Program-made: the position numbers and the translations under genes
Part shown: positions 19,793 through 29,900 of the stretch, piece after piece
Numbering within the stretch: position 1 is the stretch's first letter
Layout of the letters: each line of letters opens with the position of its first letter
Source: an uncultured bacterium
GTDB lineage: Bacteria > Oederibacteriota > JAAXVQ01 > JAUVAV01
Length of the DNA stretch: 64,000 nt
Direction: 5' to 3'
Assembly (NCBI GenBank): GCA_963710755.1
Contig: CAVQBK010000005.1
Coordinates: forward strand, 1 to 64,000
The notes under the pieces: model-generated
Databases searched by the model: none
What the model saw: the letters and a program-made list of their open reading frames with translations, nothing else
What the model was told of the DNA's origin: nothing

Positions 19793-20812
19793 CTACTTAT
19801 TTTCCTCAAACTTAAACTCGATTTTTTCATCACCGTTATCTTTGGAGGGATGATATTCCTTGGAGACCAACAGACGATCGCCATTGTAAATATTCAATTG
19901 CACCATGGAGTTTTTAACCAAATGAGCATGCTCCTTATTAAAGAAGGGATCCAGGCTAAGACGGTAACCCGTTTCCAAGGAAGCTGATTCCACACTTTCC
20001 GGATCGCGGTCCACAGTCTTGCGCCAGGGCAACTTCACATCATCCAGAGTTTCCGTATCAATGCCCAGGCCGGAAAGCCAGTAGGACAAATATTCCACTT
20101 CCTGCAGATAGGGCCTGCCTTCATGAATGGGCTTCACCAGCACTTCGAAGGTATAATTGCGGCTGTGTTGATGATGTTTACGATGATGGTGGGCAGGAGC
20201 CTGCTGCGATGTCCGGACCTGTTGTCCGTCTATTTCCACCGACCCTATGCTGGCCTCAGCTCCCGCCGTGGACACATTCACCATGTTGTTGGCACCAAAG
20301 GTCAAGGTAATCTGAGCATTCGGTGTTTGCGGGGACGGTTCGTAAACTTTTTTCTCCAGCAATTTATCGCCTCGGGATATCTTTAAAACAATGCGGGTGT
20401 TTTTCATTTTTTTAAAGTCTTTGCTGTGGGAAACAGCATCGACGGTCTTGTCATAGGTGACAATCAAATTGGCACTCATGATGCCCTGACCGCTGATGGT
20501 TTTAACCCAGGGCAATTCCTGATCAGTGACCATGGCCGTGCTGGTGCTCAGACCGGCCAGGGCGTAATGAATTTGATCCATGCGCTTAAGAAATGGCCGG
20601 CCTTTTTTAATAGGTCGGGCCAGCACTTCCAAAGTATAGGTCACTGCGTTTTCCGGATTGGTCCCTACATCAACCCCGGCTGTATAACTGCCGCCGGTTA
20701 GGTTGCTGTTGATGTTGACCATGCCTTGCACATCGGTTTTGACTTCATAGTTGGCGGCCTGACTTACAGTGGCCAAGGCCAGCAAACAAAGGGTAATAAT
20801 CGTTTGTTTCAT
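19793..20812 (-). CDS. Secreted hypothetical protein with two copies of a ~125-aa beta-rich domain and a His-rich linker
   Basis: Start reassigned to ATG 20812 (GAGGA RBS, signal peptide MKQTIITLCLLALATVSQA); internal duplication YTLEVLARPI..GRPFL..LPWVKT / YTFEVLVKPI..GRPYL..LPWRKT. Confidence 0.8.
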   Translation of the reverse strand: MKQTIITLCLLALATVSQAANYEVKTDVQGMVNINSNLTGGSYTAGVDVGTNPENAVTYTLEVLARPIKKGRPFLKRMDQIHYALAGLSTSTAMVTDQELPWVKTISGQGIMSANLIVTYDKTVDAVSHSKDFKKMKNTRIVLKISRGDKLLEKKVYEPSPQTPNAQITLTFGANNMVNVSTAGAEASIGSVEIDGQQVRTSQQAPAHHHRKHHQHSRNYTFEVLVKPIHEGRPYLQEVEYLSYWLSGLGIDTETLDDVKLPWRKTVDRDPESVESASLETGYRLSLDPFFNKEHAHLVKNSMVQLNIYNGDRLLVSKEYHPSKDNGDEKIEFKFEENK

Positions 20813-20832
20813 GGTGGTCCTCTCTAAAAATG

Positions 20833-20861
20833 AGGTGAGACAGCCCGAAGCTGTCTCACCT
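20833..20861 (-). terminator. Intrinsic terminator-like hairpin after the lipoprotein gene
   Basis: 12-bp perfect stem AGGTGAGACAGC/GCTGTCTCACCT, followed by CATTTTT on the minus strand. Confidence 0.65.
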
Positions 20862-20882
20862 GAATGGGGATTGCTCAATCAA

Positions 20883-21338
20883 CTATTGTACTGACCAAGA
20901 AATTTCACAGGAAGCATCATCCACCGAGGGGGTGAATTGATCTGAAGCTACCACGGTACCGTTCTTTTTGATGGAGAGTTTAACCCGCGTATTGGCAGCT
21001 TTATTTGTTCCATCGGGATGGGTAAGAATATTAAAGGTATCGGAATAAGTGACATTGATCTCAGCTGCTGCGCCCAAGGTCATGGAAGCCGTAGTTGAGA
21101 AAGGCAAGGCTTTATTGTAATAGGTCGCGGAACCGGCCCCTACACCACTGGCCACGTAGGTAAGAAGATCTGCGGTCTGTAAATAGGCCTGACCGGGCGT
21201 GATGGCTTCAGCAGTAACATCGAATTGCACATCCACATTCACCACAGGATCGGTTGGTTTTTCTCCACACCCACTCAAATTCAGGGCCAGTAAACCTGCA
21301 ACGGCCAAAAGGCTGATTTTCCCTACTAATTTCTTCAT
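20883..21338 (-). CDS. Lipoprotein with one copy of the same beta-rich domain
   Basis: AAGGAG RBS, lipobox LSGC, FDVTAEAI..GQAYL..LPFSTT..NTRVKLSI..FTPS. Confidence 0.85.
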   Translation of the reverse strand: MKKLVGKISLLAVAGLLALNLSGCGEKPTDPVVNVDVQFDVTAEAITPGQAYLQTADLLTYVASGVGAGSATYYNKALPFSTTASMTLGAAAEINVTYSDTFNILTHPDGTNKAANTRVKLSIKKNGTVVASDQFTPSVDDASCEISWSVQ

Positions 21339-21890
21339 ATGATTTTCGTCTCCTTTTTTTAATGAATAATTGAAATTAATATAGTTAATTATCCACGACC
21401 TTCAAGCGACGATACCACCACCTCCATCTGAGTTATTCCCCCCAACGTTCCCAAGGCAACTTTCGGGAACCGCTTTAACTATTTGACTGGATAATCCAAA
21501 AATCCTTTCATTATTTTTTAAAAAAAAATAATGGCAGGGAAATAATTTTTTTTACCCCTGCAAAATACCCTTCACATAACAGATAAAACTGACGATTTTT
21601 CTTTTTCTTAGTTTCAGGCGCATCCTTGCAGCAAACAACCGCTACAATTCAGGAATGGGATAATTCCTTGAATATCAAGGAATTTTGAGGTATGGACTAT
21701 TTCAAGTAGCTTTTAAGGTATACCAAAATAATTTACCAAATGCAAATGAGAGAAGCTTTTTATAGTTATTTCCTATACTAATCTTATAAAAAGCTGATAT
21801 ATCGCATCTTTCCTAGGAGTCTGTCGGACTTAAAATCATTAAAAACCTTATGTATGTTGCGTCTCCATTAATAACTGCACCTATATGCTT

Positions 21891-21929
21891 TTTCCCCCTT
21901 TTGCAAAGGGGGATACAGGGGGATTTGAT
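21891..21929. repeat. Inner inverted repeat, left copy (hairpin CCCCCTTTTGCAAAGGGGG)
   Basis: 39 bp, about 35/39 identical to the reverse complement of 23667-23705; abuts the transposase stop codon. Confidence 0.9.
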
Positions 21930-23293
21930 TATACCTGAGATGATTTCAGCCCGTGCAGCCGCTTCATGTTCCGAGCCAGACAGACCAAAGTCCATTCGCT
22001 GCTGACAGCTTGCAAACCTCGCAGCATGAACTGGCGAAAGCCCATGGCAGATTTAATAATTCCAAATACCGGCTCAACCGTGCTTTTACGTCGGGCATAC
22101 AGTTTTCGGCCAGCTGGCATTTGCAACCGCCGCTTCATTCTTTCCACCGCATCAGCACGTTCAGGCAACGGCGGTGGTCCTGAAAAACGTTTTTTTAGCG
22201 ATGGGTAGTGTTGCTCCCGCCTGTTGGCAATATATGGTTTGATCCCCTTGGATTCGCAAAGTTTAACATTGCTTTGGCTAAAGTATCCGCTGTCTGCTAC
22301 CAATGCTTTTGCCTTTCCCAGCTCTTCTGGAAGAGCGGTTAATTGCACAAGTGCAGGCTCAAGTTGTTCTTTATCATTGGTCGCTTGAGTAACATGCTCA
22401 GTGACTATCAACATCGTTTCCATGTCCACCCCGGCTTGCGCATTATAAGCTTGTTCGAACCCGCCACCGGAAACAGGCATGATGCGCGACTCGCCGTCGG
22501 TCAGGTTAACCTGATCTTTTGCTTGTGGGCCTTTATCGCTTGGCGGTTGTGGTTCTGGACCGCGGGATTTTTGACCTCTTTTATTTTCACGCTCACGACG
22601 CTCGGTCAGCTTCTGTTCATACTCTTTTTGGGCTTGTTGGTCACGTTCAACGGCTCGTTGCTTGATGGCTGCTTTGGCTTTGGCAATAGCAGCCAAGCGG
22701 TCTTCGCGACGAGCCAGCTCATCGGGCAGGTTCATCCCGTCAGGCTGGTCGGCCTCATCGGCTGCTTCGGCCAGTTGCAATAGGCGATTCACTTCCGCCC
22801 GGAGTTGCTTCTCTATCTTGTTGGCATATCCCCAGGAAAGGGCACGATGTTTTGATGCATTCGCATGAACCTTGCTCCCGTCCAAACTGATTTTACCGAG
22901 CTTCAATAGTTTCATGTCCTGAGCCAGGACCAGGACTTGTACGAATAATGATTCCAATTCGGGGAGAAATCGTTTGCGGAATTGGGCTATTGTATCATGA
23001 TCGGGATGGGTGTTTGCCGCCGGATAACGAAAAGCTATCGAATCATAAGTGCTGCGTTCCAGCTGACGGCTCGAGAATAGGCCCGTGGCATATCCATACA
23101 CCAGCACAGCCAGCAACATTTCAGGATGATAGGCCGACGATCCCCGCCCCGCATATGATTCTTTTAACTTCGTCAAGTCAAGTTGGGCGACAATTTCCGT
23201 TACAAACCGCGCCAAATGATTGACTGGGAGCCAATCATTCAACGATGGCGGCAGTAAAAAATCCGTATCACGATCGCAGGGAACAAAACTCAT
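21929..23293 (-). CDS. IS1182-family DDE transposase
   Basis: DUF772-like N-terminus (YHPEMLLAVLVYGY, PDHDTIAQFRKR), catalytic motifs LDGSKVHANAS, ADSGY, VEPVFG; ATG 23293 follows GGAGG. Confidence 0.93.
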   Translation of the reverse strand: MSFVPCDRDTDFLLPPSLNDWLPVNHLARFVTEIVAQLDLTKLKESYAGRGSSAYHPEMLLAVLVYGYATGLFSSRQLERSTYDSIAFRYPAANTHPDHDTIAQFRKRFLPELESLFVQVLVLAQDMKLLKLGKISLDGSKVHANASKHRALSWGYANKIEKQLRAEVNRLLQLAEAADEADQPDGMNLPDELARREDRLAAIAKAKAAIKQRAVERDQQAQKEYEQKLTERRERENKRGQKSRGPEPQPPSDKGPQAKDQVNLTDGESRIMPVSGGGFEQAYNAQAGVDMETMLIVTEHVTQATNDKEQLEPALVQLTALPEELGKAKALVADSGYFSQSNVKLCESKGIKPYIANRREQHYPSLKKRFSGPPPLPERADAVERMKRRLQMPAGRKLYARRKSTVEPVFGIIKSAMGFRQFMLRGLQAVSSEWTLVCLARNMKRLHGLKSSQV

Positions 23294-23664
23294 AATGCCT
23301 CCCTGCTTTGCAGGCAAGCTTGAGCCAGGATTTGCTTCAAGACGCCTTCCGTGTTTATGAACACGTCGCGATCGGAAAAACGCAATATCTGCAAGCCTTG
23401 CGTTTTCAAATAACGGTCACGTTCCGCATCGCGGAGGATTCCATCGTCGGTATAATGCTGACCGCCATCCAGTTCAATTACCAGGCTTGCTTTGGGACAG
23501 AAAAAATCCACGATGTAGTTGCCGATGATTTTTTGCCGATAGAATTGCAAGCCGCCAATTTGTTTTCCGCGAAGCCGTTTCCATAGATGTTTTTCAGCTT
23601 CGGTCATGTTATTCCTGAGAACCTGCGAGTTTCGTTTGAGGCCGCGATGGTAGGTTAAAATCAT
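23290..23664 (-). CDS. DUF559 / Vsr-like PD-(D/E)XK endonuclease
   Basis: LRNNMTEAEKHLWKRLR, FYRQ, YIVDFFC, LVIELDGGQH, DAERDRYL, LRF. Confidence 0.93.
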   Translation of the reverse strand: MILTYHRGLKRNSQVLRNNMTEAEKHLWKRLRGKQIGGLQFYRQKIIGNYIVDFFCPKASLVIELDGGQHYTDDGILRDAERDRYLKTQGLQILRFSDRDVFINTEGVLKQILAQACLQSREAL

Positions 23665-23666
23665 TT

Positions 23667-23705
23667 ATCAAATCCCCCTTGATCCCCCTTTGCAAAAGGG
23701 GGGAA
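23667..23705. repeat. Inner inverted repeat, right copy
   Basis: ATCAAATCCCCCTTGATCCCCCTTTGCAAAAGGGGGGAA, 2 nt upstream of the DUF559 ATG. Confidence 0.9.
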
Positions 23706-24094
23706 CTTCGTTATTATACCATATCATCAAACGAAAAAGTCCGACAGGCTCCTAGGTGGAAGAAATTGGGAAATAGCCTTTCTTACTGGAGTGGATTTAT
23801 TACTGGATTAAAAGCTTGCACTCGGTTTATCGCTATCTTTTTTTCAGCTAGCCTATCTTCATTAAATCTACTTGCCGGTCTTGGAATTAAACAATCCACT
23901 GCTATCGTCCGATCAACAGCGCTTCTGGCAGCATCTGGACGGCCATCGCTCTTTTTAATTTTGAGTTTATTATTTTTTACTTGCTATTATATTAGCTTAA
24001 TCTTATATTTTTATTTGCTTATGTTTTAACCATTCCCAATTATGCACATACCTATTTTTCGGGATGGGTATTATCGGCCAAGCCGGAGGTTTCC

Positions 24095-24637
24095 ATGGTT
24101 CCTCGTTCACGCTCTCAAAAACTTATTGCCGTTCGTCCGTATGTACAGTGGACGTCGACCATTTCATTTATTGTGGCCATGGGTTGGTTCCAATTAAATC
24201 TATGGTGGGTATTGCTTGCCGGCATTGCCACCGCACCTTTTGGCGGTAAATTTTTCTGTCGTTGGCTTTGCCCCATGGGATTGTTGATGGAGACCATGTC
24301 GCACAGTCTCGACGAAAAGTCCCGGGCTCAGCAGCATTATCACTATTACAAGCTTGGTTGTCCGATTGCCTGGGCAGGAGGCCTGTTTAATCGCTGGTCC
24401 TTATTTAAAATAAAATTCAACCCGGATAATTGCACGCATTGCGGTAAATGCGACAGCCATTGCTATCTGCCGGCCAATGCCCATCAAACCAGCCTACACC
24501 GGCCTAAGGCGCGCTTCGCCGCCCACACCTACCAATGCTCACGCTGTGGTGCTTGTGTTTCCGCTTGCTCCTCCCAGGCCCTTTCTCTTGGGATTGGATC
24601 CGACCGAACGATCAATACAAAGGAGATAAAATCATGA
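24095..24637 (+). CDS. Membrane 4Fe-4S binding protein (NapH/YccM-like, short)
   Basis: GGAGG RBS, FCRWLCPMG, CTHCGKCDSHC, CSRCGACVSAC. Confidence 0.85.
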   Translation: MVPRSRSQKLIAVRPYVQWTSTISFIVAMGWFQLNLWWVLLAGIATAPFGGKFFCRWLCPMGLLMETMSHSLDEKSRAQQHYHYYKLGCPIAWAGGLFNRWSLFKIKFNPDNCTHCGKCDSHCYLPANAHQTSLHRPKARFAAHTYQCSRCGACVSACSSQALSLGIGSDRTINTKEIKS

Positions 24638-25821
24638 AGACCATTTTAGTTCTGGGCGGTGGGATCGCCGGTGTGGAAGCGGCTATTGCACTGAGTAATG
24701 AATTCAAGCATCGCGGCGGAGTTAATCTTAAGCTTATCTCCGACCGGGCTAATCTTTTTATCTATCCCCTTTCCATTTGGGTGGCTGCAGGTACGCGCTC
24801 TAGCGAGAGTATTTCCATGCCTTTGCACGATCTGTCTCAAAAGCGCCATTTTGCTTTTTATCAAGAAAAAGTTGAACGCATTGAAAGCAAACATAACCGG
24901 GTGATCACGGACAAACAAACCCACGCCTATGATTATCTGGTTGTGGCGTTGGGCGCCGATAAATTGAAACCTTCCGGAATCGAACATACGCTGTCCATTT
25001 GCGGCGGGCCACAGGAATCGGAAGTGATCCGTGACCGCTTCCGGAAGCTGCCGGAAGGCAGCACCATTGCCTGCGGGTTCTCGGGTAATCCCAAGGACAG
25101 CACGGGCGTGCGCGGCGGGCCGGTGTTTGAAATACTGTTTAATCTTGACCACTGGCTACGCCGTCAACAACGTCGCGACAAATACCGGCTGGTCTTTTTT
25201 AGCCCCGCCGCAGACGCAGGCAAGCGTTTGGGCGGCCCTGGCCTCAAAGCCTTGGAAAAATTGTTTGCCAAGCATGAAATTGAGCCAATGGTGGGTAAAA
25301 AAATCAAAGCTTTCCAAAATGACGGTATTGTCTGGGAGGATGGCCGTTTTTTGCCCACCCAGTTAACCCTGTTTACACCCGGTCTGCAAGGGCCGGCGAT
25401 TCTTAAAAACACTGATTTGCCCCTTACCGATGCAGGCTTTGTACCAGTCAATAGTCATGCCCAAGTAGTTGCTCCAGCCGGTCAGGAGCCGGCTCCCGAC
25501 AATTGTTATGTCATTGGTGACAGCGCTGCTTACGATGGTCCGCCTTGGCGGGCTAAACAAGGGCATTTTGCAGAAGTGATGGCCCATGTGGCGGCCAAGA
25601 ATATTCGGCTCCGTGAAACCGGCAAACCACAAAGTGCTACCTTTAGCGGGCATTTTAATATTTTATGCATCATGGATCTCGGACGGGAGGCGGTCTTTGT
25701 TTACCGTGATGAGCACAAGGCTTTCGCCCCCAAGGGGATTTGGGCTCATTGGGCAAAAGTAGGCTGGGAATGGTATTACAAACTGAATAAAAAAGGGTTG
25801 GTGCCCCGCCTGCCGATGTAA
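24634..25821 (+). CDS. FAD/NAD(P)-dependent oxidoreductase, sulfide:quinone oxidoreductase-like
   Basis: Start reassigned to ATG 24634 (AAGGAG, ATGA overlap with the upstream gene); GGGIAG, YDYLVVALG, SICGG, YVIGD, KQGH, LCIMDLG. Confidence 0.8.
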   Translation: MKTILVLGGGIAGVEAAIALSNEFKHRGGVNLKLISDRANLFIYPLSIWVAAGTRSSESISMPLHDLSQKRHFAFYQEKVERIESKHNRVITDKQTHAYDYLVVALGADKLKPSGIEHTLSICGGPQESEVIRDRFRKLPEGSTIACGFSGNPKDSTGVRGGPVFEILFNLDHWLRRQQRRDKYRLVFFSPAADAGKRLGGPGLKALEKLFAKHEIEPMVGKKIKAFQNDGIVWEDGRFLPTQLTLFTPGLQGPAILKNTDLPLTDAGFVPVNSHAQVVAPAGQEPAPDNCYVIGDSAAYDGPPWRAKQGHFAEVMAHVAAKNIRLRETGKPQSATFSGHFNILCIMDLGREAVFVYRDEHKAFAPKGIWAHWAKVGWEWYYKLNKKGLVPRLPM

Positions 25822-26212
25822 CGTTCACCTGGTTGTAATTTAAATATCCGCTTGACAGCAGTCTGACTATAAACATTATCCGCTTAATTTAAATTCTATT
25901 TTTTATTAGTGGCCACTATAGCCTCTCCGTCTCAGATTAATCTCTATTTTCCATTCATACTTCCCGCTTCATTTCCAATCTGGTAGAAACACTTAACCTC
26001 TGCTTTTCCATTATTAGTACAATAATTCTTCATGTCTTTTAAAATCTCCGATTTATCTTCAAGCCTGGTCTCTCCAGACAGCCATTCAACACCGTGCTAC
26101 TGCACCCTGTTGCGCCATTGCCCGCCGTGACATCTTTTTGACAATAAATTGACGGACTATTGAATCTCTGTATCTACAATTATTTTAAACTTAAGTCAGA
26201 TCATTTCATAAC

Positions 26213-26575
26213 ATGGGAAACCCCGGATTAAAGGAGATGGTGATGATGATCAATTTTCTCAGAAATGTAAATCAAGACCAAATCGCAAATGACATCCCAA
26301 CTAACGACGAGTTGGTGGACGAACAACTCCTGGCGCAATGCCTTAAGGTAAACCCGGAAAATGCGCTTAACCTTTTCAATGCCCTTTACCGGGAACATCT
26401 CCAAAACCGTCAGGTTGCGAGTTTGGTGCTTTATTATTTGGGACTGGCTTATGAAGCGCGACAGGAAATCAGCACAGCTTTACGCTATTTCAATCATCTC
26501 TTGCTCAATTATGAAGATCAGCCCAAACTGCTGGCCAGAGCTGCTGCCAAACTACACTCACTGAGCCAACAATGA
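26213..26575 (+). CDS. Small TPR-like helical protein
   Basis: LYYLGLAYEARQEISTALRYF TPR-like motif; the true start may be near 26243. Confidence 0.55.
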   Translation: MGNPGLKEMVMMINFLRNVNQDQIANDIPTNDELVDEQLLAQCLKVNPENALNLFNALYREHLQNRQVASLVLYYLGLAYEARQEISTALRYFNHLLLNYEDQPKLLARAAAKLHSLSQQ

Positions 26576-26719
26576 CCAGGACGGTCTATTGTCCCACTGT
26601 GAGCAGCTTTTTTATTTTCAGTAAGCTTATAAGCTTACTCCGCCTCCCCATCACAAAAATTCAAGCTGATTTCTTTGAACCGAACCGAGAACCTAAACTG
26701 TTACCTACCCATTACCCTT

Positions 26720-26746
26720 TGCTCCTTGAGCCTGTCGAAGGGAGCA
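26720..26746. repeat. Short palindromic repeat of the TGAGCCTGTCGAAG type
   Basis: TGCTCCT-TGAGCCTGTCGAA-GGGAGCA hairpin; single copy in this window. Confidence 0.5.
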
Positions 26747-26955
26747 GATACATCAAGTAGCGTGGCTGGCACCGCATTCAATAATCGTATTATCTAACAA
26801 CGTCCTCTATTTATTCGTTATTGTTGGAAAAAAGTCATCGGTTAATTACCACTTTTAAGCTTACTCCAGGATAGAGTGGCCCACACCGGGTTTCGACAAC
26901 CTAATTCGATTTTTAGATGTGATTTTTCCCCACGCTAAAGTCGGAAAACCCAAAC

Positions 26956-29900
26956 TTACTTGTAATTCACACTATAAATCGGTGACGGCACTGTCGGATA
27001 AGCCCGAAATATATGCAAAAACACATTCTCTGCTTTGGTTTTTACCTCTTCCTCATTATAAACATCAACGGGTAGGCCGGTTTCGTCCTGCCACAGAAAA
27101 TCCTTTATTTCCAATCTAACCGCATCACGGGTTGATTCCCCCTCTTTCCAGTGGTCTATAGGTGCAATTTTTTCTTTTAAAAGTTCCAAAAGGCCAACGG
27201 CCACTTTTTTAATCTGTTTAATCTCATTTGGCTTTAAATTCGTCTTTTTTAATAAGTCAAAGATCGCCAGTGACTCTTCATCCAGGTCTTCTTTAACAGC
27301 TCTTGTTTTTTCTTCATCCAGTTCACGAATAAACTTCACCAAGGTTTCAAAGGTTTTTTCAATGGTAACTCTATCTTTTTCACGATTGTACTCGGCAATG
27401 ATTTCTTCAAATCGCTGCTGATAATTAGTGCGCATCGGGTTTTGATCAAGCAAACGCTGTAATTTCATCTCAATAGCTTGCCTCAAGCTTTGAACTGTTG
27501 TATGTTTTTTTTGGCTTCGTTCAAATTCCTTTCGCAAGCGCTCAAAATCAATATTGCTGATGTCATAAACATCTTGAGTTTCTTTGACCCGATTTTCATC
27601 CACCTCTATAGCGTCATCTATCACTTCATGTAATTGTTTTATAATAGCTGAAATATCTGCATGTTCGCGATCTTCTTGTAGACATTTATAAATAAAATTA
27701 ATGGCATCATAATCAGCACGGTATTGATTGATACCTTTATTATTAATACAGGCCTTGAATATTTTAAATACGCTGCGGCACATCACTTCAAATCGTTTAC
27801 GTGACTCATCATTTTCATTGACTGCTTCTTTGATCAAATCAATCGCTTTGATACGCTCAAATCCTTCGGCTTTTTGCATAGCATCAAGCGATGCACCCTT
27901 ATCTTTTAAAATTGCTTTGATATAGGAGATGGCTTCTGCCAGATCATCGAGCAAACGATCATCAGTCTCCAGCGGATCTTTTTTCCTGTCATCTCCCGGT
28001 TTACCCGTAAACGTTGCCAAGGCTTTTCTAAGATTCTTTAATATGCCGCAATAGTCAACGACCAAGCCATTATTTTTACCTTCATTCACACGATTGGCCC
28101 GGGCAATGGCTTGCATCAAGGTATGGGCTTTTAAGGGTTTATCCAGATACAGCGTCGAGAGGCTGGGTACATCAAAGCCGGTTAGCCACATCGCACAGAC
28201 AATGACAATCCGAAAAGGATGTTCTTGTGCTTTAAAGGCATCGTCAAGAGGCATGCGCTGCTTATTGATATATTCCGGTTTTTGACGCATGCTTTCCGGC
28301 AATTCCATGCCCTCTTTAATTAACTTTCGATGAGGTATAATATCCAGATCCCATTTACGAAACTTGTCTACTTCCCCTTGTTCTTCACTGATCACCACCG
28401 CCATCTGTGTCTCAGCCATCCAGTTGATCCAGCGTTTTCTAAAAATATGTTCTTGTTCATCTTCATGCTTATTTTTATTGATTTGTAATGCTTTAATCCG
28501 TTCTTGCCAATAGAACTCAATCAATTTGTGCATACGCACACAGGTAATCTTATCAATGCAGACCAGCATGGCTTTGCCGGTCTCCCAGGCATTGGAATAA
28601 TGCTCGACAAAATCACGGGCAATCTGATCAAGACGCTTTCCGGCTGTGATTACATGATAATCACGCATCAATTCTTTTTCTAAGCGCAGTTGTTCTTCAA
28701 TGCCTTCTGCTTCCCACTCTTCCAGCTTTTCGGCAATACGCTCATTCATATCATCAATGGCAATACCGAGTTTCTCACCGCGTGCATCATAGTAAAGTGG
28801 TACGGTAGCCTTATCTTCAACAGCACGGCTAAAATCATAAGTGGACACATAATCCCCAAACACCCGGCGGGTAATCTGGTCATCATTAAACAGTGGTGTT
28901 CCGGTAAAACCGATAAAACTGGCATTTTTGAGCGCATTGCGCATATTAAGCGCCAAGGTGCCGTATTGAGTGCGATGAGCCTCGTCGGTAATGACAATCA
29001 CATCATCCCGTTCCGTATAAGGCTGCTCTGGTTCTACTTTTTGATTGAATTTTTGAATCAGCGAAAAGATATAGGCTTTATGCTCTTGTAATAATTGGTT
29101 TAAATGCTTGCCGCTCGCTGCCCGGCAAGGCGATTTATCGTTATCAGCCAATCCGCAACCGGCGAAGGTTTTATAAATCTGCGTGTCCAGATCTTCACGG
29201 TCCGTTAATATTAAAAAGGTATAATTGCCGCCCAATTTGCGATGCACTTTTTGCGTAAAAAAAGCGATGGAATAACTTTTGCCGGCCCCTTGGGTATGCC
29301 AGAAAACCCCTAGTTTGCCCTGACGGTTTTTGCGATCTTTAACAGCCTCTATCGCCCGATTAACCCCCAGCACCTGATGATTACGGGCCACTATCTTTCT
29401 GGTCTCACCTGATGAATCATCAAAAATAATAAAGTTTTCCAGAATATCCAGAAAGTTGGCCTTACTGCAAACACCTTTGAGCAAGGTCTGCATATCCACC
29501 ACACCTGGATCATCTTCATCCAAACGTTTCCACTCATGAAAATGAGCCCACTGGCTGCTGATTGAACCGATCTTGGCATTGATGCCATTGGCAAACATGA
29601 CAATCGCATTGTGATGGAACAAATGCGGAATGGTATCTTTGTAATCGGAAAAATTCTTTTCAAAGGCAGTACGAAGGTTTTTATGGATGTTTTTACATTC
29701 TATAAAAAGCAAGGGCAATCCATTAACAAACCCGGCAATATCCACCCGACGACGATATAGATCGCCTTTTACCCACAGCTCACGAACACACAAAAAATGA
29801 TTATTATCAGGGCGATTGAAATCAATGAGCATAAGCCGCTGCTTGTCCAGTTCACCCTTCGCATTGCGAAAAGTAACCTGCACACCCTCTTTAATGAGTT

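Larger units (their letters stand above)
21817..23751 (-). mobile_element. IS1182-family insertion sequence carrying a DUF559 passenger gene
   Basis: 15-bp TIRs GAGTCTGTCGGACTT (21817-21831) and AAGTCCGACAGGCTC (23737-23751), one mismatch, each flanked by CTAG (21813-21816, 23752-23755). Confidence 0.88.

Noticed and set aside
23290-23320. IS inserted into and truncating the DUF559 gene
   Set aside because: No IS end at this junction; the TIRs and CTAG duplication lie outside both genes
23679-24029. 116-aa plus-strand ORF
   Set aside because: Starts inside the inner repeat, crosses the IS end, and is AT-rich with no motifs
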